A program made the position numbers and the translations under genes. A DNA stretch of 64,000 nucleotides, taken from contig CAYNSH010000001.1 in NCBI GenBank assembly GCA_964399775.1, forward strand, positions 56,370 to 120,369. The letters run 5' to 3'. Below are positions 8,848 to 19,322 of the stretch, one piece after another. This stretch comes from an uncultured Verrucomicrobiota bacterium (lineage in GTDB: Bacteria; Verrucomicrobiota; Kiritimatiellia; CAIQIC01; Lenti-01). Every line of letters starts with the position of its first letter. Positions within the stretch are counted from its first letter, which is position 1. The notes beneath the pieces are model-generated. The model searched no databases, had not been told where the DNA came from, and saw only the letters and a list, made by a program, of their open reading frames with translations.

Positions 8848-10193
8848 TGCGCCTGATGTCTTCAGTCCGGTTGCTCTTGCTGCTGGGTTTGATGGGAGCA
8901 TGCGTGGGGCCCCTGCCCATTCCCGATCCCGGGCGTATCTGGGTCGTCCCCATTCTGGCCGTGCTGGCCGGCGCCGGTTTGCTGGTGGATCGCCGTCTGC
9001 CCGCCCGGATCTGGGCCGCCGCCGCCGCCGTTCTCGGGTTGCTGGCGCTGTATGCGGCCAACCCCTCCCACCGCTGGGCCGATGGAATCGGCTTGCTGCC
9101 CATCGACCATTGGACGGTTCTGCCCGCCGCCGCTTTTCGGGCGGGCGCCTGGCAGGTCATGACCTTGGCCACCGGCTTGTTGGCGGCGTATGCCTTGGCC
9201 TTTCGGCTTTCCGCCCGCCAGCGGCAAGCGCTGCTGGTCATCGCGACGGCCGGCGCCGTGGCCATGGCCATCGGGGTTTGGATTCAGCGGCTCGAGCCGC
9301 GTCGCCATCCGATCTATGAGCTGACCGGCGTTTTTGTGAATGAAAACCACTTTGCGGTGTTTGCCAACCTGCTATTGCCCGGGGTGCTGGCGCTGGCTTC
9401 GCGCGCACGGTTTCGGGCGGTTCAGTCGGGTAGCCTGTCGAGCCCGGCGGGACTCTTTTGGTTGTCCGGCGTGCTGCTGGCTGGCGCGGTGGTCCTGAGC
9501 CGGTCCCGGGCCGGCGTGGCTGTGATGGCCCTGCTGGTGTTGCTTCATGTTTGGCGCTGCCGGCGCCTGGTTCGGCAGTTTCCCTTCATGGATACGCCGG
9601 CCGCCGCCCGGTGGCGCGGTCTGGGCTGGTTGGCGGTTGCGGGCGCCGCGGCACTCGCGCTCGCCACCTTGACTCGTGAGTGGCGCTCAACGGGGGATCT
9701 TGTGCGGGAAGGGCATTTCCGCCTCGGCATGGCGAGGGATACCCTCCACATGTGGCGCGACCAGCCGACATGGGGCATCGGCCCGGGATCCTTTACAACG
9801 GTGTTTCCGTACTACCAATCGGACCTGTTTCGCGGCCGAACAATCCTGCATGCGCATTCCGAGCCGGTCCAGACGCTGTCCGAATACGGCTGGGCCGGCG
9901 TGCTCTGGTTGGCTGGCTTCGTGGGGCTGGCCCTGTCGGCCCGTCCTCGCGGCAACCCTCCTTCCGCAAATGGGGCGGCCGAAATCCCCGCCTTTGCCGA
10001 TCTGGAGCGTTCCGCGCTCGCGGCGGGCCTGTTGGCTCTGGTGCTTCACAGTTTAATCGACTTCCCCCTGCGCATCCCGCTGATCACAATGATCGCCGCG
10101 ACCTGGGCCGGCTTGTGGGCCGCCAGCCGCCCGCGGGAGGGCGCAGGCATCCCCGGGGATGCCGAACCGTCAACGGGAGGACCGTCGACATGA
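8844..10193 (+). CDS. O-antigen ligase / Wzy-like polymerase family membrane protein.
   Basis: Multipass membrane protein with the Wzy_C-like loop …LSRSRAGVAVMALLVLL…. The start is at codon 45 of ORF 8712, where ATGA overlaps the wzc stop. Confidence 0.6.
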   Translation: MMRLMSSVRLLLLLGLMGACVGPLPIPDPGRIWVVPILAVLAGAGLLVDRRLPARIWAAAAAVLGLLALYAANPSHRWADGIGLLPIDHWTVLPAAAFRAGAWQVMTLATGLLAAYALAFRLSARQRQALLVIATAGAVAMAIGVWIQRLEPRRHPIYELTGVFVNENHFAVFANLLLPGVLALASRARFRAVQSGSLSSPAGLFWLSGVLLAGAVVLSRSRAGVAVMALLVLLHVWRCRRLVRQFPFMDTPAAARWRGLGWLAVAGAAALALATLTREWRSTGDLVREGHFRLGMARDTLHMWRDQPTWGIGPGSFTTVFPYYQSDLFRGRTILHAHSEPVQTLSEYGWAGVLWLAGFVGLALSARPRGNPPSANGAAEIPAFADLERSALAAGLLALVLHSLIDFPLRIPLITMIAATWAGLWAASRPREGAGIPGDAEPSTGGPST

Positions 10194-11037
10194 AACCGTC
10201 GAGTAGATCCCAGCGGCCGATCGAGGTGGTGCGGCGGCCTCGGCACGGATGGTTTGACCTGGCGCTGGGCGAACTCTGGGCCTATCGCGACCTGCTGGGA
10301 ACGCTGGTCTGGCGCAACCTGACCGTGCGCTACAAGCAGAGCGTGATCGGCATTGCCTGGGCCATCCTCAAACCCGTCATGCAGATGATCGTTTTCAGCG
10401 TGGTGTTCGGCCGCCTGGCCAACCTGCCGTCGGACGGCATGCCCTATCCGATCTTCCTCTATGCCGGCCTGCTGCCGTGGACCTATTTCACCTCCACCAT
10501 CACCAGCGCCTCCGGCAGCCTCATCGGCGGCGGCAACATGATCAACAAGGTCTATTTTCCCCGCATGATCCTGCCGTTCTCCTATCTCTTCACCGGGCTG
10601 ATCGACTTGGCGCTGTCCATGCTGGTCCTGTTCGGGATGATGGCATGGTATCGCGCCGAGATGGTCTTCGGCCTGCAGATGCTGCTGTTTCCCGTGTTCC
10701 TGCTGCCGGCCATCGCCTTCGCCGGCGGCCTGTCGCTGTGGCTTAGCGCCACCGCCGTGCGCTATCGCGACATCCACCACCTGGTCCCGTACCTGCTCCA
10801 GATCGGCATGTTCGTCACGCCCGTGGTCTATGCCGTCAAGCTGCTGCCCGCGCGGTTCCAATGGCTGCTGCAGCTCAACCCTATGACCGGCGTCGTCGAA
10901 GGCTTCCGCTGGGCCCTGCTGGGCAAGCCCGTGCAAGGGTGGGGCATGATGGGCGCGGGCTTCCTGATTTCGCTCCTGCTGCTGTTTTCCGGAATGGTCT
11001 ATTTCCGGCGCGTGGAACGCACCGTGGCGGACATCAT

Positions 11038-11041
<4 letters not shown>
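10190..11041 (+). CDS. wzm: ABC-2 type polysaccharide exporter permease (Wzm/KpsM/TagG family).
   Basis: Six TM helices. WAYRDLLGTLVWRNLTVRYKQSVIGIAWAILKPV is the ABC-2 signature. GGGAGG lies 9 nt upstream, and ATGA overlap. Confidence 0.8.
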
Positions 11042-12305
<1,264 letters not shown>

Positions 12306-12309
<4 letters not shown>

Positions 12310-13331
12310 GCGCGTCGTCAGGCCTCGTTGCCGTCCTCACCACGATCCAGCCGCCCACGCCGGCCGTGCGCGAACTGCATCGACGGCTGGCGGAATCCGG
12401 CGGCCGCCTCGTCGTGGCTGGCGATCAGAAGGGTCCCGCCGCGTTTGATCTGCCCGATTGCGATTTTCTCAGCCTGGCCGACCAGCAATCCAGCGGGTTC
12501 GCTCTGGCGGAAAAGTTGCCGGTGGGCCACTACGCCCGCAAGAACATCGGCTATCTCCATGCCATCCGCGCCGGCGCGGCGTGCCTCTACGAAACCGACG
12601 ACGACAATGCGCCCCTGCCGGGGTGGGCGCCGCGCACCGAAATTGTGGACCATGCCCGGCGCATTTCCGGTTCGGGTTGGGTGAACGCGTATCGCCACTT
12701 CGCCGAGGATCCGCAAATTTGGCCCCGCGGCTTTCCCTTGGAACAACTGAATTCCATCATTCCATCATTCCATCATTCCATCCTCTCAGCCTCTCCTCTC
12801 CGCGCACCCATCCAGCAGGGGTTGGTCAATGGATCGCCCGACGTGGATGCCGTCTGGCGGCTGACGCAGGACCGCCCGTTTGATTTTGACGAAGCCGCGC
12901 CCCTTTGGCTCGGCCCGGGCCAATGGTGCCCGTTCAATACCCAAAGCACGTGGTGGTGGCCCGCCGCCTATCCGCTACTCTATGTGCCGAGCCACTGCTC
13001 CTTTCGCATGTGCGACATCTGGAAAAGCTTCATCGCCCAGCGCTGCCTGTGGGCCATGGGCTGCGGCGTGGTGTTCCATCCGCCCGAGGTGCTTCAGGAC
13101 CGCAACCCCCACGATTATCTCCGCGATTTCCAGGACGAGGTTCCCGGCTACCTCCAAAATGCACGCATCGCCGAGATTCTCTCCGGCCTGGAACTGGCCG
13201 AAGGCGAGGGGGCCGTGGCGGACAATCTCTTGGCCTGCTACCGAGCCTTGATCCAAGAGACTGTTTTTCCCCCCGAAGAATGGACGCTGGTCAAGGCTTG
13301 GGTGCGGGATGGCTTCACCAGATCACCTTGA
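12306..13331 (+). CDS. DUF288/STELLO-like putative glycosyltransferase-family protein. Carries an in-frame (ATTCCATC)4 repeat insertion (12751-12803).
   Basis: HYARKNIGYLHAIRAGAACLYETDDDN…WWWPAAYPLLYVPS. ATGA overlap with wzt. The internal octamer repeat encodes SIIPSFHHSILSASPL. Confidence 0.45.
12751..12803 (+). repeat. (ATTCCATC)4 plus a CT-rich tract, embedded in-frame in the CDS.
   Basis: Direct tandem octamers seen in sequence, from the same ATTC-core family as the intergenic arrays. Confidence 0.8.
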
Positions 13332-13698
13332 TGGGATAGAGCGGGAAATGATCATCGCTGGAACAAACCATCATGTTTTCGTGGATGGCTTGGGCGACAA
13401 TCAGCCGGTCGAACGGGTCCCGGTGATGAAAGGGGAGGTCGTTCAGCCCGCACAGGTGGGGTGGCTCGATGGGCAGATTCCGGAACCCCTCGGCCAGTCT
13501 TTTCGAGATGAACCGTTCGAGCGGATCGTCCAAGACCAATTTGCCCAGGCTGCACTTGATGGCGATTTCCCACCACGAGGCCATGCTGATGAACACCGTC
13601 GTGTCCGAGTCTTCGATGGCGGCTCGCGCCGTCGGACTCAGCCGTTCGTCTCCCCCTGCAAACCAGAGCAGGGCATGCGTATCCAGCAGCAATTTCAT
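13315..13698 (-). CDS. vapC: PIN-domain toxin VapC (type II TA).
   Basis: MKLLLDTHALLW…D…E…D are the PIN acidic residues. Paired with an upstream Phd/YefM antitoxin through a 4-nt overlap. Confidence 0.8.
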   Translation of the reverse strand: MKLLLDTHALLWFAGGDERLSPTARAAIEDSDTTVFISMASWWEIAIKCSLGKLVLDDPLERFISKRLAEGFRNLPIEPPHLCGLNDLPFHHRDPFDRLIVAQAIHENMMVCSSDDHFPLYPIKVIW

Positions 13699-13922
13699 TG
13701 CTCGTACTCGGCCATGTCACTCAACGGCGCGTCAAAATCGGGGGCCATGTGAATCCGGCCTTTGGCGCTGCCATAAACCGGCCGGTTTTCCCGGACTTCG
13801 CTGGGGCCCAGCGTGGCCACGGGTTTTCCGCGACGGGTCACGGTGAAAATTTCGCCGTGGACAACGCGCTCCAGCAACTCCGAGAAATGCGTCTTGGCTT
13901 CAAAGGCTCCAATGGTTTTCAT
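13695..13922 (-). CDS. Phd/YefM-family antitoxin.
   Basis: MKTIGAFEAKTHFSELLERV…GEIFTVTRRGKPVATL is the typical YefM fold. Overlaps the vapC start. Confidence 0.75.
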   Translation of the reverse strand: MKTIGAFEAKTHFSELLERVVHGEIFTVTRRGKPVATLGPSEVRENRPVYGSAKGRIHMAPDFDAPLSDMAEYEQ

Positions 13923-14010
13923 GCAACTAGTCTAACCGACTGGTCTGTTATTTGCAAGGGGCTTCTTCCTGTGGGTAAACCGATGCTTTTGTTGATGTAA
14001 TTATTTGTCT

Positions 14011-14967
14011 ATGAAAGAAATAAACAACAATTTTCATTTGGAGCCGCTGCCGCCCAATCCGCTGATTTCCATCGTGGTGCCCAGCTACAACCAGGGGGCA
14101 TTCATCCGCCAGACCCTCCAGGCCTGCCTCGACCAGGACTACCGGCCCATCGAGATCGTGGTCATGGATGGCGCCTCGACCGACCATACCGTGGAAGTGC
14201 TTAAATCTTTCGGCAATCTTCCCGAACTGCGCTGGGTGTCCGAACCCGACAAGGGCGTGGTGGACGCCGTCAACAAGGGGCTTCGCGCCGCACGCGGCGA
14301 CATCGCCTGCATCCAAAGCTCCGATGACTTCCATCGGCCGGGTTGTTTTTCCACCGTGACGGCGGCCTTCCGCGACAACCCCGAGGCCGGATTGGTCTTC
14401 GGCGATGTCGAGCGGGTGGACCCGGACAACCGCGTCGTTTATTCCCCGCGGCAGGCGCGGTTTTCGCTTGCGCGCCTGCTCGCGCGCCAACTCTACATCT
14501 ACCAGCCCACCGCATTTTTTCGCCGCGATCTGGCCCTGGAGCTTGGCGGCTGGAATCCGGATATCCCCTATGTGCCGGACATCGACCTGTGGATTCGCTT
14601 GGCCTTCCATGCCCCGGTGGTCCAGTGCGATGCCGTGCTCGCGGCCTACCGGACGCATCCCGGCCAGCGCGACCAGCACCGCGACCGGATCTACCGCGAC
14701 TACCGGCGCATGCTGGAGCTGTCCAAGGAACTGCCCGCGGCATCCCGGCGGTTGCGCCGCGCGGCGCAAGCGGGGGCCGAGCTGATGAAGTTCCGCTATG
14801 GCGGGCCGTGGACGAACGCCCAGTTGACTCGCGCCGCCTGGAAGGCCCTGTGGCTGCGGCCCAGCTTACTGTTCTCCCCCAAGCTGCCGTTCTACCGCCT
14901 CATCCCCGGTTATTTCACCCTGACCGGCTGGCGCCGCCAATGGCTCGGCCCGAAGAAAGGCGCCTGA
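14011..14967 (+). CDS. Family 2 glycosyltransferase.
   Basis: ISIVVPSYNQGAFIRQTL…VVMDGASTD…DDF. The first ATG follows an AT-rich putative promoter region (13923-14010). The ORF track starts at TTG 14005. Confidence 0.7.
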   Translation: MKEINNNFHLEPLPPNPLISIVVPSYNQGAFIRQTLQACLDQDYRPIEIVVMDGASTDHTVEVLKSFGNLPELRWVSEPDKGVVDAVNKGLRAARGDIACIQSSDDFHRPGCFSTVTAAFRDNPEAGLVFGDVERVDPDNRVVYSPRQARFSLARLLARQLYIYQPTAFFRRDLALELGGWNPDIPYVPDIDLWIRLAFHAPVVQCDAVLAAYRTHPGQRDQHRDRIYRDYRRMLELSKELPAASRRLRRAAQAGAELMKFRYGGPWTNAQLTRAAWKALWLRPSLLFSPKLPFYRLIPGYFTLTGWRRQWLGPKKGA

Positions 14968-15989
14968 TGGCTACGCTGCGGCAACAACTCGGTTGCTGGG
15001 TGCGCGAACGCGGGCGGATGGAGTTGGTCTTGCGCGCCCCGCGCCTCGCCGCGCGGTTTGGCTGCCGCTGGCAGGACCTGTGCAACCGCCATGAGCGTTT
15101 GTCGCGTGGCCCCGGCACCGCCCGCGGCTGCGCGTGGCCGGGATCTTCCTTTTTGACCGCCTGCAAAGTGTTTCCCAGCCTGGGCGGCCGCCTGCTGGAG
15201 CATGTCGCGCGAGAATATCCTTTTTCATTGGACCCGCAGTCGGAGGTCCCGCCGGTTTCCGCCATCCTCCCCGTGCGCGGCACCGACCGCCGCCCCGCGC
15301 TCGAATTCGTGGTGCGCGCCCTGTGCGCCGCCGGCGGGCCGCATGCCGAAGTGCTGGTATGCGAGCACGACACCCAGCCGCGCCTGGCGGACATCGCCTG
15401 GCCCGCCGGCGGCCGGCACCTCTTCATCCCGGCGGCGGAAGGGGAACTCTTCAACAAGAGCAAAGCCCTCAACGCCGGGGCCCTCGCGGCCCGCCATCCG
15501 CTCCTGCTGCTGCACGACGCCGATGTCTGGGTGCCCGCCGGCTATGTCGCGCGCAGCGCCGCGCTCATGGGAGAGGGTGGCTGGGAGGCGCTGCGCCCGA
15601 TCCGCTTCCTGTTCCTGCTCGATGAACCCCAGACCCGCGGCTGCCTGGCTACCGCCTCCATCCGCGGTATCCAGGAAATCATGCGCGTGCAGCAGAACAA
15701 TCCCGGTTTGTCGTCCTTCGTGCGCCGCGACACCTATCTGGAGATCGGCGGCCACGACGAGCGCTTCACCGGCTGGGGTTGGGAGGATGTCGAATTCCTC
15801 GATCGCCTCCACACTCGCCGCCTGCTGCCCGGATCGTTCCTGCCGGCCATCCATCTGTGGCATGCGCTGCCGGCCGCAAGGCAGGCGGGGGACGTGAACC
15901 AGCAGCGGCTCCACGAGATCCTACAAGAGCCCGTCGGGCAGCGCATCGAGGCTTGCCGCCGTCGCCTGGCCGCAGGGGGCGCACCATGA
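14967..15989 (+). CDS. Glycosyltransferase (GT2 / galactosyltransferase-like, GWGWEDVEF motif).
   Basis: SAILPVRGTDRR…LLHDADVWVP…ERFTGWGWEDVEFLDRL. The ATG overlaps the upstream stop (TGATG). Confidence 0.6.
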   Translation: MATLRQQLGCWVRERGRMELVLRAPRLAARFGCRWQDLCNRHERLSRGPGTARGCAWPGSSFLTACKVFPSLGGRLLEHVAREYPFSLDPQSEVPPVSAILPVRGTDRRPALEFVVRALCAAGGPHAEVLVCEHDTQPRLADIAWPAGGRHLFIPAAEGELFNKSKALNAGALAARHPLLLLHDADVWVPAGYVARSAALMGEGGWEALRPIRFLFLLDEPQTRGCLATASIRGIQEIMRVQQNNPGLSSFVRRDTYLEIGGHDERFTGWGWEDVEFLDRLHTRRLLPGSFLPAIHLWHALPAARQAGDVNQQRLHEILQEPVGQRIEACRRRLAAGGAP

Positions 15990-17005
15990 ATTGGCTGGTG
16001 ACACCGTCCCGGTTCGAGGGCCTGCCCGGCGCGGGCCAATGGAAGGACCTGCACGGTATCCGGCTCGTGCTCGACCGCCTCGGAATCGATTGGGGAGAGT
16101 TCCGCTTTTCCGGCGCGAACATCGGCGAGTTGGCCGACCGGATCGGAGAAGCGGCGGACACGGCCATCTGGTACTACACCTTTTGGCCCGAGGCCATGGC
16201 CGAGTTGAAACGCCGCTGCCCGCGTACGCGGATGGTCTTGCGCACCGTCAATGCCGAGGCTTTCCAGCACTGGCTGCGCGCCGGCAAGGACTGGACCCGC
16301 CTGCGCGGATTGCCGCGCGATGTCTATGGATTTGTGCGTTTGCTGTGGCGCGACCGCCGCTGTGCGCATCTCGCCGATGCGCTGGCGGGCATCAGCCCGT
16401 GGGACGACGCCCGCTACTGGCGCTGCCTGGCTGGACGCGACAAGGTGTTTTCCGCACCGTATCTATGTCCCTGGCCGGTGCTGCTGCCGACCGTTCTGCC
16501 GCGCCCCTGGGTGGAGCGCGAAGACCGGATCGTCTGCCTCGCTGGCGCGCGCGATGTCATTGGTCGCGCACACCTCGAAGGATTTGCCGCATTGGCCCGG
16601 CGTCCGGAATGGACTGGCTGGCAGTTTTCCGCAAGCCAGGGACTGATCGGCGACGGCCACGACGACCTGCCCGAAAACGTCGAGCGCCTCGGCTGCCTCG
16701 ACGAGCCCTGGTCGCTGCTCTGCCGGGCCAAGGCCGTGGCCGTGCTTTCGCCCGTCGGCTATGGCTTCAAGACCACCATCGCCGACGCGCTGGCCGCCGG
16801 TTGCCATGTCCTGGTCCATCCGCGCCAGCATGCCCGGCTGGCGCTGGAGGACCGATGCCGGACCCTCGCTTGCGAGCCGAACTCGGCCGACCTCCCCGCG
16901 CTGGCCGCGACACTTGCCGCGCCGCCGGAACTCACCGCCGCCGCGGCGCAGGCGGAGCAGCTCGAACGAACCATTGGCGCCTGGCGGCAGGTGCTGGCAG
17001 GATGA
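15986..17005 (+). CDS. Putative glycosyltransferase (GT-B / GT1-GT4-like C-terminal domain).
   Basis: ATGA overlap. A C-terminal Rossmann-like segment: LAGARDVIG…VLSPVGYGFKTTIADALAAGCHVLV. Assignment is weak. Confidence 0.4.
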   Translation: MNWLVTPSRFEGLPGAGQWKDLHGIRLVLDRLGIDWGEFRFSGANIGELADRIGEAADTAIWYYTFWPEAMAELKRRCPRTRMVLRTVNAEAFQHWLRAGKDWTRLRGLPRDVYGFVRLLWRDRRCAHLADALAGISPWDDARYWRCLAGRDKVFSAPYLCPWPVLLPTVLPRPWVEREDRIVCLAGARDVIGRAHLEGFAALARRPEWTGWQFSASQGLIGDGHDDLPENVERLGCLDEPWSLLCRAKAVAVLSPVGYGFKTTIADALAAGCHVLVHPRQHARLALEDRCRTLACEPNSADLPALAATLAAPPELTAAAAQAEQLERTIGAWRQVLAG

Positions 17006-17035
17006 GTCGCAGGCGGCTGGAAGGTATCCCGTGAA

Positions 17036-18343
17036 ATGAACGCCGAACAACAAAAACTAGTGGCCCAGCTCTGGCAGGAGCGCCCTAAACTCTATGTGCA
17101 TGGTGCGGGGACGGGATGCGTGGATTTGACCGGACAGGACGGCAAGGAGGAGGCCTGGCCGCTCTCGCCGGACGTGCTCAACTGGATGGCGGAGGTGGTC
17201 GCGCCGGGAGCCGTCACGCTCGAAACCGGCTGCGGCTATTCCACCATGTTGTTCGCCATTCTCGGCGCCCGGCATACCGCCATCGCGCCAGACTACCAGC
17301 AACATGGACGTATCACCGGCTGGTGCGAACGTCACGGCGTTTCCTGCGGCAACCTGCGCTTGATTGATGCCTGTTCGCAGGACGTGCTGCCGGGGCTGGC
17401 GCTCGACCCCCTGGATCTGGTGCTCATTGATGGTAGCCACGCATTCCCGGCGCCCTTCATCGATTGGTATTACACCGCCGAAAAACTCAAGCCGGGCGGA
17501 ATCCTCATCGTGGATGACTGCCATCTGGTGACCGGGAAAATCCTGGCCGATTTCCTCGAAGCGGAGAATGGACGCTGGGAATTGGTGCGTCGATTCGGCA
17601 AGACGAGCGTGTTCCGCAAGATCGCTGCCAATCCTGTGGTGGCGGGTTTTGAGTGGATCGATCAACCCTACTGCGCCAAGCGGCTGGGCGCTCCCCCCCC
17701 GCAGGGGCTTCGTGCCCGCCTGCGGCGGATGCTCCAGCCGCTGGGCCGGTTGAACTCCCAGCACTATCTCGCCTATCGCCTGGGCTTGGCGCGGCCGCGC
17801 ACCGAAACCACCGCCGCGGAACGCGCCTGCCTCCATCGCCATGCGGCCGGCCGGAAACGCCTGGCGGAAATTGGCGTCTTCCAGGGCGTCAACACGAAAG
17901 CCTTTCGCCAGGCGATGGCTTCCGACGGCGTGATCCTCGCGGTGGATCCCTTTCCGCGCTCCTTTTTTGGCATCCGCGGCTTTGGCTGGGCACGCCGCAT
18001 CGCCCACCGCGAAGTCGGCTTGGTCCCCAACGGCCGCGTGGTTTGGCTTGAATGCCGCGGCCAGGATGCGCCGGTCGCCGCGGCGGCTCGCCCGTTTCTG
18101 CCGGTGGATTTTCTGTTCATCGATGGCGACCACGGCTACGAGGGCCTGCGCGGCGACTGGGAAGCCTGGAAGGATCACATTGCGCCGGGCGGCATCGTCG
18201 CCCTGCACGATTCTCGCAACCGCCGCGGACGTGGCGCCGAGCGCTTCACCCATGAGGTGATTCGCCAGGACCCGGATTTCGTCCTGCTCGAGGAAGTGGA
18301 TTCCTTGACCGTCCTGCGCCGGCGTGGGCCCGAGGAAAGCTGA
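17036..18343 (+). CDS. Tandem class I SAM-dependent methyltransferase (two TylF/Methyltransf_24-like domains).
   Basis: LETGCGYST…LIDGSHAF appears in the first half and IDGDHGYEGLRGDWEAW…ALHD in the second half. Confidence 0.6.
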   Translation: MNAEQQKLVAQLWQERPKLYVHGAGTGCVDLTGQDGKEEAWPLSPDVLNWMAEVVAPGAVTLETGCGYSTMLFAILGARHTAIAPDYQQHGRITGWCERHGVSCGNLRLIDACSQDVLPGLALDPLDLVLIDGSHAFPAPFIDWYYTAEKLKPGGILIVDDCHLVTGKILADFLEAENGRWELVRRFGKTSVFRKIAANPVVAGFEWIDQPYCAKRLGAPPPQGLRARLRRMLQPLGRLNSQHYLAYRLGLARPRTETTAAERACLHRHAAGRKRLAEIGVFQGVNTKAFRQAMASDGVILAVDPFPRSFFGIRGFGWARRIAHREVGLVPNGRVVWLECRGQDAPVAAAARPFLPVDFLFIDGDHGYEGLRGDWEAWKDHIAPGGIVALHDSRNRRGRGAERFTHEVIRQDPDFVLLEEVDSLTVLRRRGPEES

Positions 18344-18350
18344 GGTCAGC

Positions 18351-19322
18351 GTGAGCGATACGACTCCAGCTTCCCCTGCCGTTTCCGTCGTGATGGGCGT
18401 GTTCAACGGCGCCCGCTGGCTGTCCGACACCCTCGACAGCCTGCAGGCGCAAACGGACGGCGACTGGGAATTGATCGTGGTCAACGACGGCTCCTCCGAG
18501 CCGCAGGTGGGGGACCTGCTGGCGGAGCGGGCCGCGCAAGATCCGCGCATCCGCGTGATCGCCAAATCCCACGAAGGCCTGACGCGGGCGTTGATGGACG
18601 GCTGCGCCGCCGCGCGCGGGGCCTATATCGCGCGCATAGACGCCGGCGACATCCTGTTGCCCGACCGCCTGCGCCGGCAGCGCGCGGTGCTGGACCGGCA
18701 TCCAGGCGTGGGTTTTGTCTCCTGCTGGACGGAATTCTGCGGGCCGGAGTGGGAGCCGCTCTATGTCCGCCAAGGCCGTGGCACACCCGAAGAGGGCGCC
18801 GACGTTCTGCCTATGCGCCCCGGCGAAAATCTAACCGACGGCCCCACCAGCCATGTCTCCGTGCTGTTCCGGAAAGAGCTGTACGATGCGGTCGGCGGCT
18901 ACCGGCCGGAGTTCTACTACGGCCAGGACTGGGACCTGTGGTATCGGCTGGCGGAACGCAGCCAGTTCTCAATGGTCCCCGAAGTCCTCGCCCGCGTGCG
19001 CCTCTTCCCGGAAAGCCTCAGCGCGGGCGCCCGCGAACGGCAGGAGCAGATCGGGCGCTGTTCCCTCGGCGCGTTCTGGGCGCGCCGCGAAGGCCGCCCC
19101 GAAGCCGAATGGCTCGCGCGCGCCGCGGTCCTCCGCCCGGAGGCCTCCGCGCGTGCGCCGCGGCCCTCCGGCGAAGGCGCTCGCTTCATCGGCGAACTGC
19201 TGCGGAAGAACGGCGATTCGCGCTGCCGGCGCTATTTCCGCGCCGCATTGCGGGCCGATCCCCTGGATGCGCGCGCGGCCTTCCGCCTGCTCCAGTCATT
19301 CCTTCCCGGAGGGAGCCGATGA
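18351..19322 (+). CDS. Family 2 glycosyltransferase.
   Basis: VSVVMGVFNGARWLSDTL…IVVNDGSSE…DAGD. GTG 18351 follows GAGG. The alternative start GTG 18324 overlaps the upstream gene. Confidence 0.6.
   Translation: MSDTTPASPAVSVVMGVFNGARWLSDTLDSLQAQTDGDWELIVVNDGSSEPQVGDLLAERAAQDPRIRVIAKSHEGLTRALMDGCAAARGAYIARIDAGDILLPDRLRRQRAVLDRHPGVGFVSCWTEFCGPEWEPLYVRQGRGTPEEGADVLPMRPGENLTDGPTSHVSVLFRKELYDAVGGYRPEFYYGQDWDLWYRLAERSQFSMVPEVLARVRLFPESLSAGARERQEQIGRCSLGAFWARREGRPEAEWLARAAVLRPEASARAPRPSGEGARFIGELLRKNGDSRCRRYFRAALRADPLDARAAFRLLQSFLPGGSR

Noticed and set aside
13923-14010. A specific -35/-10 promoter call for the GT2 operon.
   Set aside because: The region is AT-rich and sensibly placed. I could not identify a convincing TTGACA/TATAAT pair. 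Verrucomicrobia/Bacteroidetes-type promoters may differ, so I leave it as an uncalled putative promoter.
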